A stretch of 57,439 bases of DNA, counting the filler, from Dugesia japonica (taxonomy: Eukaryota), in NCBI GenBank assembly GCA_001938525.1. It is 5 parts of 5 records of this genome, joined end to end, with 100 filler letters (N's around TTAATTAATTAA, not from the genome) between each part and the next. Parts side by side here need not be neighbours in the genome. Positions count along the whole stretch, not along the records: positions 1 to 12,531 come from MQRL01611835.1; positions 12,632 to 26,552 come from MQRL01589748.1; 3 more parts are not named here. One strand, 5' to 3'. Both the position numbers and the translations under genes were made by a program. Below are positions 1 through 12,977 of the stretch, piece after piece (within the stretch, counting starts at the first letter, position 1; every line of letters starts with the position of its first letter). The notes beneath the pieces were generated by a model that had not been told where the DNA came from, searched no databases, and saw only the letters and a program-made list of their open reading frames with translations.

Positions 1-249
1 ATTACTTTTAGATTTGATATTCTTATTATATTTGTACGTTTCTAAAAGTTTATTTCTGAGTTCTTCTATATTAAAAAATTTTAATGTTAAAAAATATTAA
101 AAAATTTAAATGCAAAAGGCATGAATGCAAAAGGCATGCAAAATTGATGTACTACAGAAGTAAATACCTTTGAAATTTTTTAAATGAAATATGGTTGAAA
201 TAGTGCCTGGAAATTTTAATAAATACAATAGGTCTATATTTTGCATGTT

Positions 250-1061
250 TACTATATAATTACTACAAGGTAACTATGCAAATAATATACTCATAAACCC
301 TATAATGTAATAATACAGTAATAATCCTTATAATACATGGTTGCTATGTAAATAAAATAAGTTAAATATCTAAATAATAAACCTATAAATCTTATAGTCA
401 TACAAACATGTACTTATAAGCTTTATAAAGGCTTTGAAGGTATTTTTACAATACTTTTAAGATAAAAATGAACGTTTTCCACTCTTATGAACCCCATACA
501 CTTATATTACACGGATTTTATGTAAATAATACACACAAAAATAATATATTAAACGGTTGTTATGTAAGTATTACATGGTACCTACGAAATTAATATACTC
601 GTAAAAATTATATTACACTGTTAATATGTAAATAATAGTCTCATAAACCATATAATACATGGTTGCTATGTAAATAATGTATTCATAAACCTTATGTTTA
701 TGGTTACTATATAAATAATACAAGGTAACTATGCAAATATTAGACCCAAAAACCATAAATTACACAATTAATATGTAAATAATTCTCACAAAAATCATAT
801 ATTAAATGGTTGTTATGTAAATATTACATGGTACCTAAGCAAACATTTCACATGTAAACCTTATATTACACGGCTAATGTGAAAATAATATACTCCTAAA
901 CTCTATATTACATTTTTACTATGTAAAAAGTACCTTCATAAGCCTTATATTACACGTTTGCTATGTAAATAATTCCCTCATAACTCTTATATTTCATAAA
1001 CCTTATATTTGATTAACTATGCAAATAATATACTCATAAACCCTATATTACAGGGTTACTA
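250..1061. repeat. Degenerate AT-rich minisatellite (41/62-bp units built from a ~21-bp subunit), left part
   Basis: Recurring CCTTATATTACATGGTTGCTATGTAAATAAT...ACTATGCAAATAATATACTCATAAA units. The same array resumes at 4730 and recurs at 34690-35240. Confidence 0.9.
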
Positions 1062-4000
1062 GAAAACAGTGAAGAAACAATGACGTTAGTAGATCGAGTA
1101 GAATAAAAAACCGAGATCAAGTTGATTAAGTTAGAAGTTACGCGAGAGTTACAAATCGAAATTTTCAGAAAATAGTAAATCATACAGTGAATAGACATGT
1201 GGAACAAAGAAAGGAAAACAAATTATTGAATAATGGTTATGTCATAAGATTGGTTATACTAAAGCTAATTGTCCAACAAAAAAGTGGTAAAGTGCTAAAG
1301 TTGTCATAAAACAGGACATAGAAGTCGAGATTGTCAAAACAAAAAACAATCAAAAGGTTTTGGTTGTGGAACAGTTGGCCATATAAGAAGATTATGTCAA
1401 GAAGTGAGATGTAAACGATGCGGTAATGGTAGACATGGAGCAGAAGAGTGCTGCACAAATTGGAAAATGAAAAAAACCAATGAGAAATTTATGACTGCAG
1501 AAATATCAAGAAACCGATATAATCGAGTACATACGATTGAATATGAAGATGTCAGTACAAATGATGGATATGAGGAAGCATATGAAAGAGTTTCCGAAAG
1601 GCAGTACCGAAAAGGCAGGGCTCCACCAGTAGAGGAGTTGGTTGGAGCCATCCATTGTTAAATGAAGGGCGTAATTATCCTCAAAGAGTTGAAAAGTGGG
1701 ATGATATAGGAAAAGTTAAAGAAAAAGTATACAGTTTCTTAAACAGGGAAAATTTGCGGATGATAGAAAAGTTGAATCGGTTGAAACAGTTTAAGCAAAA
1801 AAGAAAACAAATATTTCGTACCATAAATTGCAAGGCAGACCAAGTGTGATCAAACCAAGAAAATCAAGTCAAATGTCTATTAGATACAGGAGCTCAAATT
1901 AACGTGATTAGTTTGAGTTGTTTTAATAAATTACGAGAAATAAATTTACAAATGAGTGATGAAAGATTCTGTTGTGCAAATAATAGTACACTTGAAATTG
2001 TTGGGAAAGTAAGAACTGGAGTATTGCAAAGAGATTACTTTCTTAGTTGCTGAAAGAGTAACACCAGATCTGATAAGAGGAATAGATATGCAAAAAATTT
2101 TGGATACCAGCTTATGCAAAAGATCGATAGCAAAACGGATGAAAAGGCCGAAAATTACATTTGTAATATTGAAGCGAAATTTGGAAGACAAATTAAAAGA
2201 AGAGATCAATTAACAAGAGCCTTAAATATTTTGAAGATTAAAGAGGATCAACGGTTATTGAAAATAATTGGAAGTAAAGAAGATGCTTTTATGACAGATA
2301 AAGGAGATGTAGGATGCACACATATGACAAGACACAAAATAATCCCAAGTGGTGAACCAATCAATGTAAAACCGTACAGATAACCAATGAATTTAGAAGC
2401 TAAAATTGAAGAAGCTATCCAAAACCTTTTCGAGAATAATATTATCNNNNNNNNNNNNNNNNNNNNNNNNNNNNNNNNNNNNNNNNNNNNNNNNNNAGCT
2501 ATCCAAAACCTTTTCGAGAATAATATTATCAGGAAATGCAACTCTCCGTGGAATACCCCATTGATATGTGATTGGAAAAAGGAAACGAAGGACATATGAA
2601 TATGCTTAGATTTTAGACAATTGAATGCAGTAACAAAAAGACATGCCTTTCTGATATCTAATGTCTACTGAATGCTGAACAAGTTAGATAGAGCCAAATA
2701 TTTCAGTTCAATATATTTGGGTAATGCATATTATCAGGTAGAGCTCGAAGAAGAATCTCAAGAAAAAACGGCGTTTTCAACGAAACACGGGCAATATTGT
2801 TTTAATAGAATGCCATTTGGCATCGCAGCGGCACCAGGGGCATTTCAGCAGATTATGTTGAAAGTGGTTGGCGGAATCAGTGGAGCCATGGTTTATCTTA
2901 ATGACATTCTGATATTTACGAACATTAAATATCATAATTATGAAATCATTGAAAAAGTATGGATATAAATAATGAAGGCTGGTCTAAGAATTAATCCAGA
3001 GAAGCATGAGTTTCTTCAAAGCGAAATCAAGTTTCTTGGACACATTATTAGCAAGGATGGTGTTAGAACTGATCAGTCTTAAATAGAAGCAATAAAAACA
3101 TTTAGCAAACCTACCTGTGTGAAGAAGTTACGAAGTTTTCGGGAATTTGTAGTTATTACAGGTAGTTTAGAGAAAACTTCACAAGAAAGTCAAAAATATT
3201 AGAGCAGTTGTGTCGCAGACCAAGCAACAAGTAAATAGAATGGACAGATGAAATAAACGATATTTTTCAGTGTCTGAACAAATCTCTAATGACTGCACTA
3301 ATATTGTGTTTTCTGGACATAAACAAAGACTTTATATTAGATACAGAAGCCAGTTTTGATACAATTGGAGTAGTATTGTAACGTAGAAAAAAAGAAGAAA
3401 GAGAAAGAGTTGTTGCCTATGGATCACTCTCAATGACGTGTCTTGAAAAGGGATACTGCATTCCACGAAAAAGTTATTGGCTGTTTATTATTTCTGTATG
3501 CATTTCAAACATTACTTGTACGGTATAAGATTTACTCTTAGAACAGATCACAAAGCTCTAACTTTCATGGTGAGGACAAAAAACCAATTACATCGCAATT
3601 TCTGACATGGAATAATTGTGGAATATTGAAAAAGAATTCAATATGGTAATCCAGATATGTTATCTAGACCAAGATGATAGGTATGTGTACAATGTGAAAT
3701 ATCACATGAAGATGCCAAGAAAGGGAAGATTAAAACGAGACTACTGAACATAATCGATAAGGAAAAAGAAAATCAGTTTTGATTTGATCAAGAAAATGAA
3801 AATGCGGATGACAAACTACATAAAACAATAGAAGAAATACATAAATTATTATGTAAGAAAGGAGTTGAAAAGGTGTACGAGTATATGGGAAACAAATATA
3901 TTGCAAAGAATTTGTGAAGCCAAATACAGAAAATAGTTTGTAGTTGTGAAATTTATCAGAAGACCAATGTAGTGACAACACCAACTAAACAGAAGATAAA

Positions 4001-4729
4001 GAGATTAGAAGCTAGCAATTTGTTTGAAGTCATATTCACAGACATATGTGGGCCAATGCTGGAAACAAGTAGACGAAAAAAATACAGTCTTGGAAATATT
4101 GACCAGTGCAGTAAATATCTAATTCTTATACCATTGCCTAGACAAGACGAGGAAACAATACGAAAAGCTATTTTTGGAAAGTGGATATTGAGATTTGGAT
4201 GTCTAAGAGAGATAAGATTATATTGTGGAAACGCTTTTGAATCCAGAGATATGAGAGAGTTTACACTGAAGCTAGGTATTAAACTTTGCTTTTTGAGTCC
4301 ATATCATCATCATGCAAACAGACAAATTGAAAGACAGTTCAGAACGATTCAAGATTTGATTTTTGCAAACACTTCAGGAAAGAAAGACAACAGATTGCGC
4401 AGGTATTTTACCGGAAATATAATTTAAAATGAATGCAACAAAGCAAAATATGACTGAAAAGAGCCCGGCTTAGTTCGTTTTTGGAAAGAATGTAGCAGAG
4501 AAATGTAGTACAAGTCAGACGTTTCAGATAGAATTAAAAAAAACATTTCAGACGTGATTACTAAAATAAATTAAAATTGGGCGATTTTGTACTCATCAAG
4601 GTAAAAACAAAAAATAAAAGTCAGGACAGATTTGAAGAACCTTATCGAATAATTGAGAAAATTCATGAAATGCGGTATGCAGTACAAGGAGACAATGGAC
4701 AGCGTTTAGAAAGAAATGTGGAAAAACTT
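1062..4729 (+). mobile_element. Decayed Ty3/Gypsy retrotransposon internal region (gag-PR-RT-RH-INT) with no LTRs
   Basis: Twin zinc knuckles GFGCGTVGHIRRLC / CKRCGNGRHGAEEC (~1355-1452); protease LLDTGAQINV (~1877-1906); RT SPWNTPL, CLDFRQLN, KTAF, RMPFG, YLND (YxDD mutated); RNase H LDTEASFDTIG, RTDHKAL; integrase core FTDICGP, ILRFG, IERQFRT; C-terminal FEEPYRI. Many stops and frameshifts. Confidence 0.95.
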
Positions 4730-5245
4730 TGTAATAATACACTCATAATCATTATAATGCATGGTTGCTATGTACATATTATAAGGTATCTATGCAAATA
4801 ATGTACTGATAAACCTTATATTTTATGGTTGCTATGTAAATAATACAAGTTAAAATATGCAAATAATAGACTCCCTTTCATGCATCCCTTTTATACAGTG
4901 TAACGTTGTAAAAATACACTAATAATCATTATTATACATGGTTGCTATGTAAATAATGCCCTCATAAGTCTTATATTACACGGTTGCTATGTAAATAATC
5001 CAATATAACTATGCAAATAATGTACTCATAAACCTTATATTTATGGTTCCTATGTAAATAATGCAAGGTTACTATGCAAATAATATACTCAAAAACACTA
5101 TAAGCACAGTTAATATGTAATATTGCATTCATAATCCTTATAATACATGGTTCCTATGTAAATAATGCAAGGTAGCTATGCAAATAATATACTCATAAAC
5201 CCTATGATACAGAGTCACTATGCAAATTATATGCTCATTAACCAT
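4730..5245. repeat. Same AT-rich minisatellite, right part
   Basis: Same units and orientation as 250-1061. Confidence 0.9.
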
Positions 5246-6725
5246 ATAGATATCAAAATATTTACTTATAAGTCTTTTTTATATAGACTAATTAGCTATA
5301 TATTGAAAAATTCTGTTTTTTTCATTTTGTATAGACAAATTTGCAGCTTTATGCTTTTATCATTTTGTTCAGACAATTTTCACCACATAAAGGTTTTTAT
5401 GGAAGATTCCATCGGTAATGAGATTTTTTATTAAAAATTGCATCGGTAATGAAAGTTTTTAATACAGTTTCCATCATTTATGATAGTTTTTATAGAAAAT
5501 TAACATTAGTAATATGTTTTTGAATAAAGTTCTGTTTTCTATCATTTTGTAAAGAAAAATTTTAATTTGAATATTTATTCATGTAAATATCACAAAGATT
5601 TCTCTCTATGGTTATTTTTAATGGATATATTTTATCATGAAAATATTACAGACTCCCTCTTTGATCTTTTTAATGAATATATTTTTTATCATGTAAATAT
5701 CACGTAGACTCTCCTATTCGAAGTTTTTTTGGATAGATATATTTAATAATAGAAATATAACAAAGACTCCCCTCTTTGAAGTTTTTTGATATATATGTTT
5801 TATCATGTAAATATTGCAAAGACTCCTCCCGTAGGATTTCTTTTTGGACTGAAAATCATGTGTATGAGAGTTTTCATTAATAAAAACAATAGGTATGCAA
5901 CTAAAATGACACAAGAATGCAACAAACATGCACTTAAAATCATGCGCCTGAGAATTTTAAAAACTCAACCTAGCCACCATTTTGAATTATTATTGATTTT
6001 TTAATTAATGCAATAGCTATGCAACTCAGATGAAACTTTTATGCAATACATGTACAATGAAAATCACATGCCTATAAATTTTAGACTGTCCCATCCCATG
6101 CAAAATATCAAGTCTGCGCTATACCATGCAAAATATAGTGACTGCCCCATACCATGCTAAATATAGAGAATGCCCCATGCAAAATATCAAGACTGCCCTA
6201 TTCCATGCAAAATATAGTGACTGCCCCATACCATGCTAAACATAGAAACTCACCGTTACTCAATATAGAACACTCCATACTAAATATCAAGACTGCTCCA
6301 TCTCATACATAAATATAAAGTCTGCTAAAAAAAAATTTTAATTTCGTATGCAAAAATAAATTATTTTGAATTTCCGTTCAAAGAAAATTTTTTTTTAATT
6401 TCCCTCAGAAAAAGTTTTTAAATTCACCTCTAAAAAATAACAAGACTCCCCTCTCCCTTGTTCGAAAAATGTGAAAACACACACTTCCAGTGAAAATTAC
6501 TCAAAAATACAGCAAATACATTAAAATGCCATTACTTTCATCAAATTCATCAATTTAAGCAAATTACAACATTTTAAACCAAAATAAAGATTTCAAAGGA
6601 TTATGACATCATACACATTCAACAGAAAAATTTCAAATAATTATCAAAAGGTCTATTAACTAATTTTCTTTCCACACATACCACTCTCCCTGTCCCGAAA
6701 ATTTTTTTAACACACTTCTACTACT
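5246..6725 (-). mobile_element. Arm of a repetitive element, probably a Polinton/Maverick-type terminal inverted repeat, with a ~29-bp minisatellite at ~6085-6320
   Basis: Reverse-complement homolog of 33782-34700 (CCATGCAAAATATCAAGACTGCCC units, C-rich box CCCCTCTCCC). Ends in CTACTACT (6718-6725), i.e. AGTAGTAG on the minus strand. Confidence 0.55.
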
Positions 6726-6889
6726 TAAAAAAACAAACCAATCAAATTAAACCCCTTAAAATAAAAAATCAAAGCACATTGGACATACAAAATCTTTACC
6801 TCTCCAACAACGCATCAAATAAATAAATCCAATAACAATATACAAACCTGCACGCCCCCAAAAAACACCCCACGATAACTCATACCACT

Positions 6890-9060
6890 GTTTGTTATTA
6901 AATTAAATAATTTTAAATCAGGGCATTTTAAATATTGATCAATAATTTCAATGTATGCATTATGACGCTTTGTTTCTAATAATTTGTTAATACCACAACT
7001 TTGTAGGACATATGACCTTGTTATATTGTGATAATGACAGCGTCGACATAGTCTTTCATCAAAAGTAATGATATGTAGTCGAGCATTTTTTATAAGTGTA
7101 TTTGTGAGTGCTTTGGTTTTAAAATTCCATTCAAAAGTCGCCTAAAAACTGCAAAAGATTAGTTTTTTGGCATCTGGAATGAGACACACGGCATCAGCTA
7201 AAATGTTATTTTTATGCCATATTATTGACCTTGATATGATTTTATGTAGTAGAAAGACAACATGTTTTCTGGAGTCAATGTTTATAGTCAATGTCTATAG
7301 TCAATGTTTATAGTCTGATTAGCCATGTTGATACGCAATAGTGTCCCATTCATTTGAACTGCAAATGTAGTGGTTATGTCATGAAATCTTTAAAAATATT
7401 CAATTGCCCTTCTCAGACGCATAAATCGAGTTTTTGTCCCTCTGCAATTTTTGATAGTAGATTCACCATTAATCCAGTAAGAACTTTGAGATAAAGTCGG
7501 TACCTTTATCCCTTATATTGATGAAGCAGCAATTACAAGCGACTCAAAATTAATTGTTTTAAAATAGTCACAATCAGTAGTAAAAAATCTAAAGAATTGT
7601 ACAATACATTAACAATGGTAATCATCAAGAAGATCAATAAACTCCGCTCCTTCCATTTCTGTTGCTGTATAAAAATAAGCTATTTCAGAATGATTAGATA
7701 GATTCATCATCTTTTGAAGATGTATTCGAGTTTTACTAGTTGAATTATAATTGCATTTACTTTTACTAAAACGAATAGATAATGCACTCGTTTTGATTTT
7801 AATGTGTACTAAAAGAAAAAACAAGACATGAATATAAAAATAGTTTGTAAGTTTTCAATTTTTGCCAACCAAACAATTCTCAATTTTCCAGTTTTTGGCA
7901 TCAGTTATTAATTTGTGAATAGTATCATATGGTGTTTGATCATTACGATCTCCAAAAAGAAAAAATAAAATTCATTAATAAGTAGTTTTATTGTTTATAT
8001 CATAATGTTTATATCATAAATGCTTATAACACTAAGAATGTTAATATTTGGAGATTGAATGTAAGCATATTTGCATGGACGAAATTCTATATCAATAACA
8101 TTAATGACTTTATTTAAAAGAGTTTGAAGATATTCAGTATTTTTAGCTATGAGAGCTATGTCATTAGCATATAAGAATTATGGAAGAAGTATTTATCATG
8201 AAAGGTGATATTTGACATGTTTTAGTAGCTTCAAATACATGATTCATACCAATGGAAAAAATAATCATAGATAGTGGATAACCTTGTTTAACACCTTTTT
8301 TAATTGCAATGTTGCTTGTAAGAATAGGACGGCAACTATAGAAAATATTTGTATCAGAGTAACATCTTTTAAGAATATTTACAAAATCATGACTTACTCG
8401 AATAACACGAGAATGAACCACAAATATCCATGTAGTACACTACCAAAAGCATCTTTTATGTCTAAACTTGCAATGGTTACAGGAAAATATATCTTATTTT
8501 TTGAGTGTTCAAGTACATAAGATAAAATTACGTTATGTTCAACGCAGCTTTCGCGATCAGAACCTTTTTTTTGATATTTTTGCAGCAAATATTTACTCTT
8601 TATTTAATTAGTTAATCAACGTGTCAATACTGATGCGAATAGTTTGTAAATAACAGAAAGCAAAGCAATCGGTCTCAAAGATGAGTTTTATCATAATTAC
8701 AGGGTTTATTAGGTTTTGGAATATGAACAGTTTTGAACGACTTCCAATGTAATGGATTTTGACCCGTCAAGATATCTTTGTTGAAAAATAAGTAAGAAAT
8801 GTAGTTTAGTAATATCTCTATAGTATATACCATCAATACTTGGTGTAGTATTTTTGTCACATCTAAGTTCATGTGCGATCTCGTCAGAAGAAAATAATTA
8901 ATGAGATTAATGTTAATTAGTGTACGATTGCTTACATAGTTTTTAATAAAAGAGCAAATCAAGATATCGCTTAATAGTCCTGAACCACGAGTATCATGAG
9001 GTAAATCACCAAGGACAGAAAAATGATTTACACGATTAGAATTATTATTTATACAACACA
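6890..9060 (-). mobile_element. Decayed non-LTR retrotransposon with restriction-like endonuclease (R2/NeSL/Utopia-type), copy 1
   Basis: RT motifs IPKPNK, IALLS, LDIKDAFGSV, GVKQGYPLS, YAND (YADD mutated). Downstream CRRC..T..YVLQSC..KRHN zinc-knuckle/RHN motif at ~6960-7050. High similarity to 45500-47185. Confidence 0.9.
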
Positions 9061-10975
9061 TGCGAGTTTCATTATTTTTTATTTGATAATTTTTTTGAAT
9101 TAAGGTGGTAGGATTAATTAGACAAAGTTCATTAGATTTTTAGTCTATAATTAGTAATAATTAATGTAATTTTGCTGGATGAAAAACAACAATTATTATA
9201 TTCACTTTGCATTTGTTGGGAATCTGATTAAAAAAACAAATACATGCAACAACATATAAATTCAAAAACTTGCACACACTACACACATAACTCTGGATAC
9301 AGCCACAAGCTACAATGAAATGTGGATAAAACCTTTGTAGAATACATATCAATTCAATATTTTGATCAATAAATTGTGACTTTCACTGACAATTATTTAC
9401 TCTTTACATTGTTTTTATACTGTTATTATTTATCTTTTAGTATTATGTTTTATTTTTTGTAAATATATTCTTTGTAAATAATTTTTTATCACGATGATTA
9501 TTGATTGATTATGATTTNNNNNNNNNNNNNNNNNNNNNNNNNNNNNNNNNNNNNNNNNNNNNNNNNNTTATTATTATTATTATTATTATTATTAACAACA
9601 TTATTAATTATTATTGTGGTTATTATATTAATATTTTATTATTATTATTAATATAATTATTGAATTCATAATTTTTCTGTCAAAAAATAGACCAGATTTC
9701 AATTATTTTTATTATTGTTATTATTATTATTATTATTATATATTTTTTATTTTATGATGGACCTTGTCCATATTTCGTTTCTTATTGTTATTAACCGATG
9801 TGATTGACATAAAAAAGTATAAATGTGATTCTAAAAAGTTGTAATTTACTAATTTTTATTTTGTTATATTTTAGACTTTGAGAATTCAAAGATTCTGAAG
9901 AATTTTAAATACATTTTTGGCTATTATTATTAATTGGCTATTGTTATTAAAAGTAAACTTTTTTTATTTAAATAATTTTTAAAATTATTGGAATAAATTT
10001 ATTATAATAGCCCAATCCTTATCGCGAAGAGGATTTCTTCAAGATAAATTAAATACAAAGGTAATCTTATAAGGTTTACAATAAGTGTTAATATTATATT
10101 TGATAAGGGTATAAATGTCCTCAGTAATATCTTGGTTGGTTTCTCGATAGAACATCCTAAAATTATTTATAAAAGTTTTATTTTTTGTTGAAGTAATTAC
10201 TGTTACCCTACAAGTTATATATGGAATAATTACTTGTTTTAAGTATATTATTTATATTTTATAAAAAAATTTTATTTTTATTCACCTCAACATATTCACA
10301 TGTTTAGGTTCTGTTCACAACTATGAAGAATAGCTTCACTCATTGTTTTATCAAGAAAAGCAAAAGATTCAGACAAATGAAGATAATCAAAAAATGCTCT
10401 CATGATTTTATTGTTAATTTTTCATTAATAAAATTAATAGGAGATAATTCATAGCAAAGTTTTGAGTTTAGGTTTTGTAAAGAGTCAGTCACGATGTAAC
10501 TGTCAAACGTTTTATTGAAGACCAAACTTTCTATCTGAACAACGAAAGCTGAAGCAAAGAAGATTAGATCAGGTGATAATATTGTTAAATTAATCAATTC
10601 ATGATTCCTTTAAAACATTGAATTTGTACCAAGAAAAAGATTTTTTTAAAATCAGTGATATTATCAACAACTGCATAGAGACTGTTAGTTGAGTTTGGAA
10701 AACTCATCGTATCATCAATATCAAAATTAGAATTCATTACAACACTTTATTAAAAACCAAACTATATCATCATTAGTTAATTAAACAAACAAATTTAAAA
10801 ATCTATTTTTAAAAACAGAAATATCAAATATTTAAATATATATTTTATATATTTAAATTATATTTAATTTTAAAAAATATATGAAATAAAAATCTTCTGT
10901 TAATTTCAATTTATATTTTAATCGTTTTAATTTATATCTAATTTTTGAAGAAAATAAGTTTCAATAGAAAATTTA

Positions 10976-11071
10976 ATATTATATTTTTATATTCAAATTA
11001 TATTATATTTTTATATTCAAATTATATTATATTTTTATATTCAAATTATATTGTATTTTAATATCTAAATA
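10976..11071. repeat. 24-bp tandem repeat (ATATTATATTTTTATATTCAAATT) x3 plus one degenerate copy
   Basis: Direct reading. Confidence 0.85.
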
Positions 11072-11398
11072 ATATTTGATTTTTTTAAAAAATATATTAA
11101 ATAAAAATCTTTTGTTCATTTCATTTTAAATTTAATTCGCTTTAAAATTATATTCAATTTTTAAAAAATTACGTTACGAAGAAATTTAATATTCAATAAT
11201 TTTAATTTTAGTACATTCTTTTATAGTTTATTTTCTTGATATAATTTTAAATATACTTTTGATTTTACTAAATTCCGTTTTTAAAGACAAAAAGTTTTAA
11301 ATCTGTTCTAAGAAAAAACTATCTTTTAGAGACGATCAGATATAAAAAGATTGTTTCAATGAAAAATACAACTGATTTGAAATTTTAAAGAGTATTTA

Positions 11399-11734
11399 AG
11401 TAGGTAGATAGTAGCGCACTAGATCACTAAGATATATTAGTCGCTTATAAACTACTTACAAATTGTAAGTAGCTAAATTAAATTAAATAATGATTATGAA
11501 AATTTTTATGACTCATCATTTTTTGTAACAAAGAAATGAGTCATGCTGATGAGTCATCGCTGGTTTGAAAAAAGACCATGACTCATCATGACGAGTCATC
11601 GGCCATGTAGAACAAAGACAATGACTCATCGGATGAGTCATACATTTTTTCGAGAAATTTTCAGAAAAGTCAGAACAAAGACCCCCCTTCCCCCTAACAA
11701 AGAAAAGTATATAACAAAGAAAAAAATGTCTACT
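11399..11734 (+). mobile_element. Polinton-like terminus followed by a cluster of ATGA(C/G)TCAT palindromes and AACAAAG motifs
   Basis: Starts AGTAGGTAGATAGTAGCGCAC, similar to 31222, 33782 and 40801. Six perfect ATGASTCAT between 11508 and 11641; five AACAAAG between 11527 and 11719. Confidence 0.5.
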
Positions 11735-12531
11735 TTTTTTCAAAAATTTTTCTGATCCATCCTCTCCAGACTCAGTAAATTATAAATCAAAGATTTTTTT
11801 TAAAATTTTTTTTTAAAAATTTTTTGACACATCCAAGGTGTCTTTATTTAAACTGCTTACCAAATGCATTTTCTTTTTGCATTTCAAAAAAAACTCGCGT
11901 TTGATAATTTAATTATTTTTATTACATATGTTATAATTAAATTAAAGTTTATAGTTTCGATACATTTTAGACTCTAAAAATACAAATTTGAACAAATATA
12001 TTTATTTTTTCTATGCAATTTTTGAAAATATTTGTAGACTTCTTTGTAATTTATTATTAAAAATTGTAATGATTTCTATTTAATTTNNNNNNNNNNNNNN
12101 NNNNNNNNNNNNNNNNNNNNNNNNNNNNNNNNNNNNAACTTTCATCTAATTATTACAATTGAAATATCTATGTAAGATAACACACAAAAGAAAATTATAA
12201 AAAAAAATTTCAATCACATAAATCTTTTTTTTTCCTTTATAATTCAATCAATATGTCTTCATTAATCATTTATTTCCTCATTGGACTGTGAATCAATCAT
12301 TTCCTCACGAATCATATACTTATTTGTATTTGTCTCAGGTATAACTTCATCAGAAATATCATCATGTGGAACCATATCAATTATTTCATCATCAATAATG
12401 ACATAATTTGGCTGTGCATCAAATCAGTTTCTCGGTAATAATATCATCATTAAGTAGAGTATCGTTAATCTCTCTCTTTAATGTTGCATCTATTTCATCA
12501 ATATCAAATGGTTTTCGTCTATCTCTACATC

Positions 12532-12631
12532 NNNNNNNNNNNNNNNNNNNNNNNNNNNNNNNNNNNNNNNNNNNNTTAATTAATTAANNNNNNNNNNNNN
12601 NNNNNNNNNNNNNNNNNNNNNNNNNNNNNNN
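12532..12631. other. Artificial scaffold-joining spacer
   Basis: 44 N + TTAATTAATTAA (six-frame stop linker) + 44 N. Confidence 0.97.
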
Positions 12632-12977
12632 AATTTCAATTAATCCATGAATAACTTTGTAGCAATGGTAAATGAATTACGAGAAGGATCGGGGATGATA
12701 TCAAAAGCAGATTCGAGTTAGTTTTTTTTGATTAGTTTTTTATGAAGTGAATTTTGACAAAAACAGATTTATTATTTTTCTTTTATTATTATTAATTTAT
12801 TATTTTTAGATGAATAACAATTTGTATAAACAATGTGAAAGAAATTTCAATTAATCCATGAATAACTTTGTAGCAATGGTAAATGAATTACGAGANNNNN
12901 NNNNNNNNNNNNNNNNNNNNNNNNNNNNNNNNNNNNNNNNNNNNNNNNAGTTTTTTATGAAGTGAATTTTGACAAAT
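12632..12977. repeat. ~211-bp tandem duplication spanning a gap
   Basis: AATTTCAATTAATCCATGAATAACTTTGTAGCAATGG at 12632 and 12843; AGTTTTTTATGAAGTGAATTTTGACAAA at ~12734 and 12949. Confidence 0.8.

Noticed and set aside
2413-2530. 34-bp direct repeat inside RT
   Set aside because: Identical sequence on both sides of a 50-N gap indicates an unmerged contig overlap.
250-5245. Repeat array flanking a reverse transcriptase, as a CRISPR-like or retron-like system
   Set aside because: The units are degenerate tandem copies without unique spacers, the RT is an ordinary Gypsy pol, and the context is eukaryotic.
250-5245. Minisatellite blocks as the LTRs of the Gypsy element
   Set aside because: No TG..CA ends, PBS or PPT; the array phase is continuous across the insert; and the related copy at 50870 has a PPT followed by non-satellite sequence.
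11399-11734. Complete 336-bp mini-Polinton (AGTAG...CTACT)
   Set aside because: The inverted match is only 5 bp and the flanks show no 6-bp TSD. Kept only as a single terminus.
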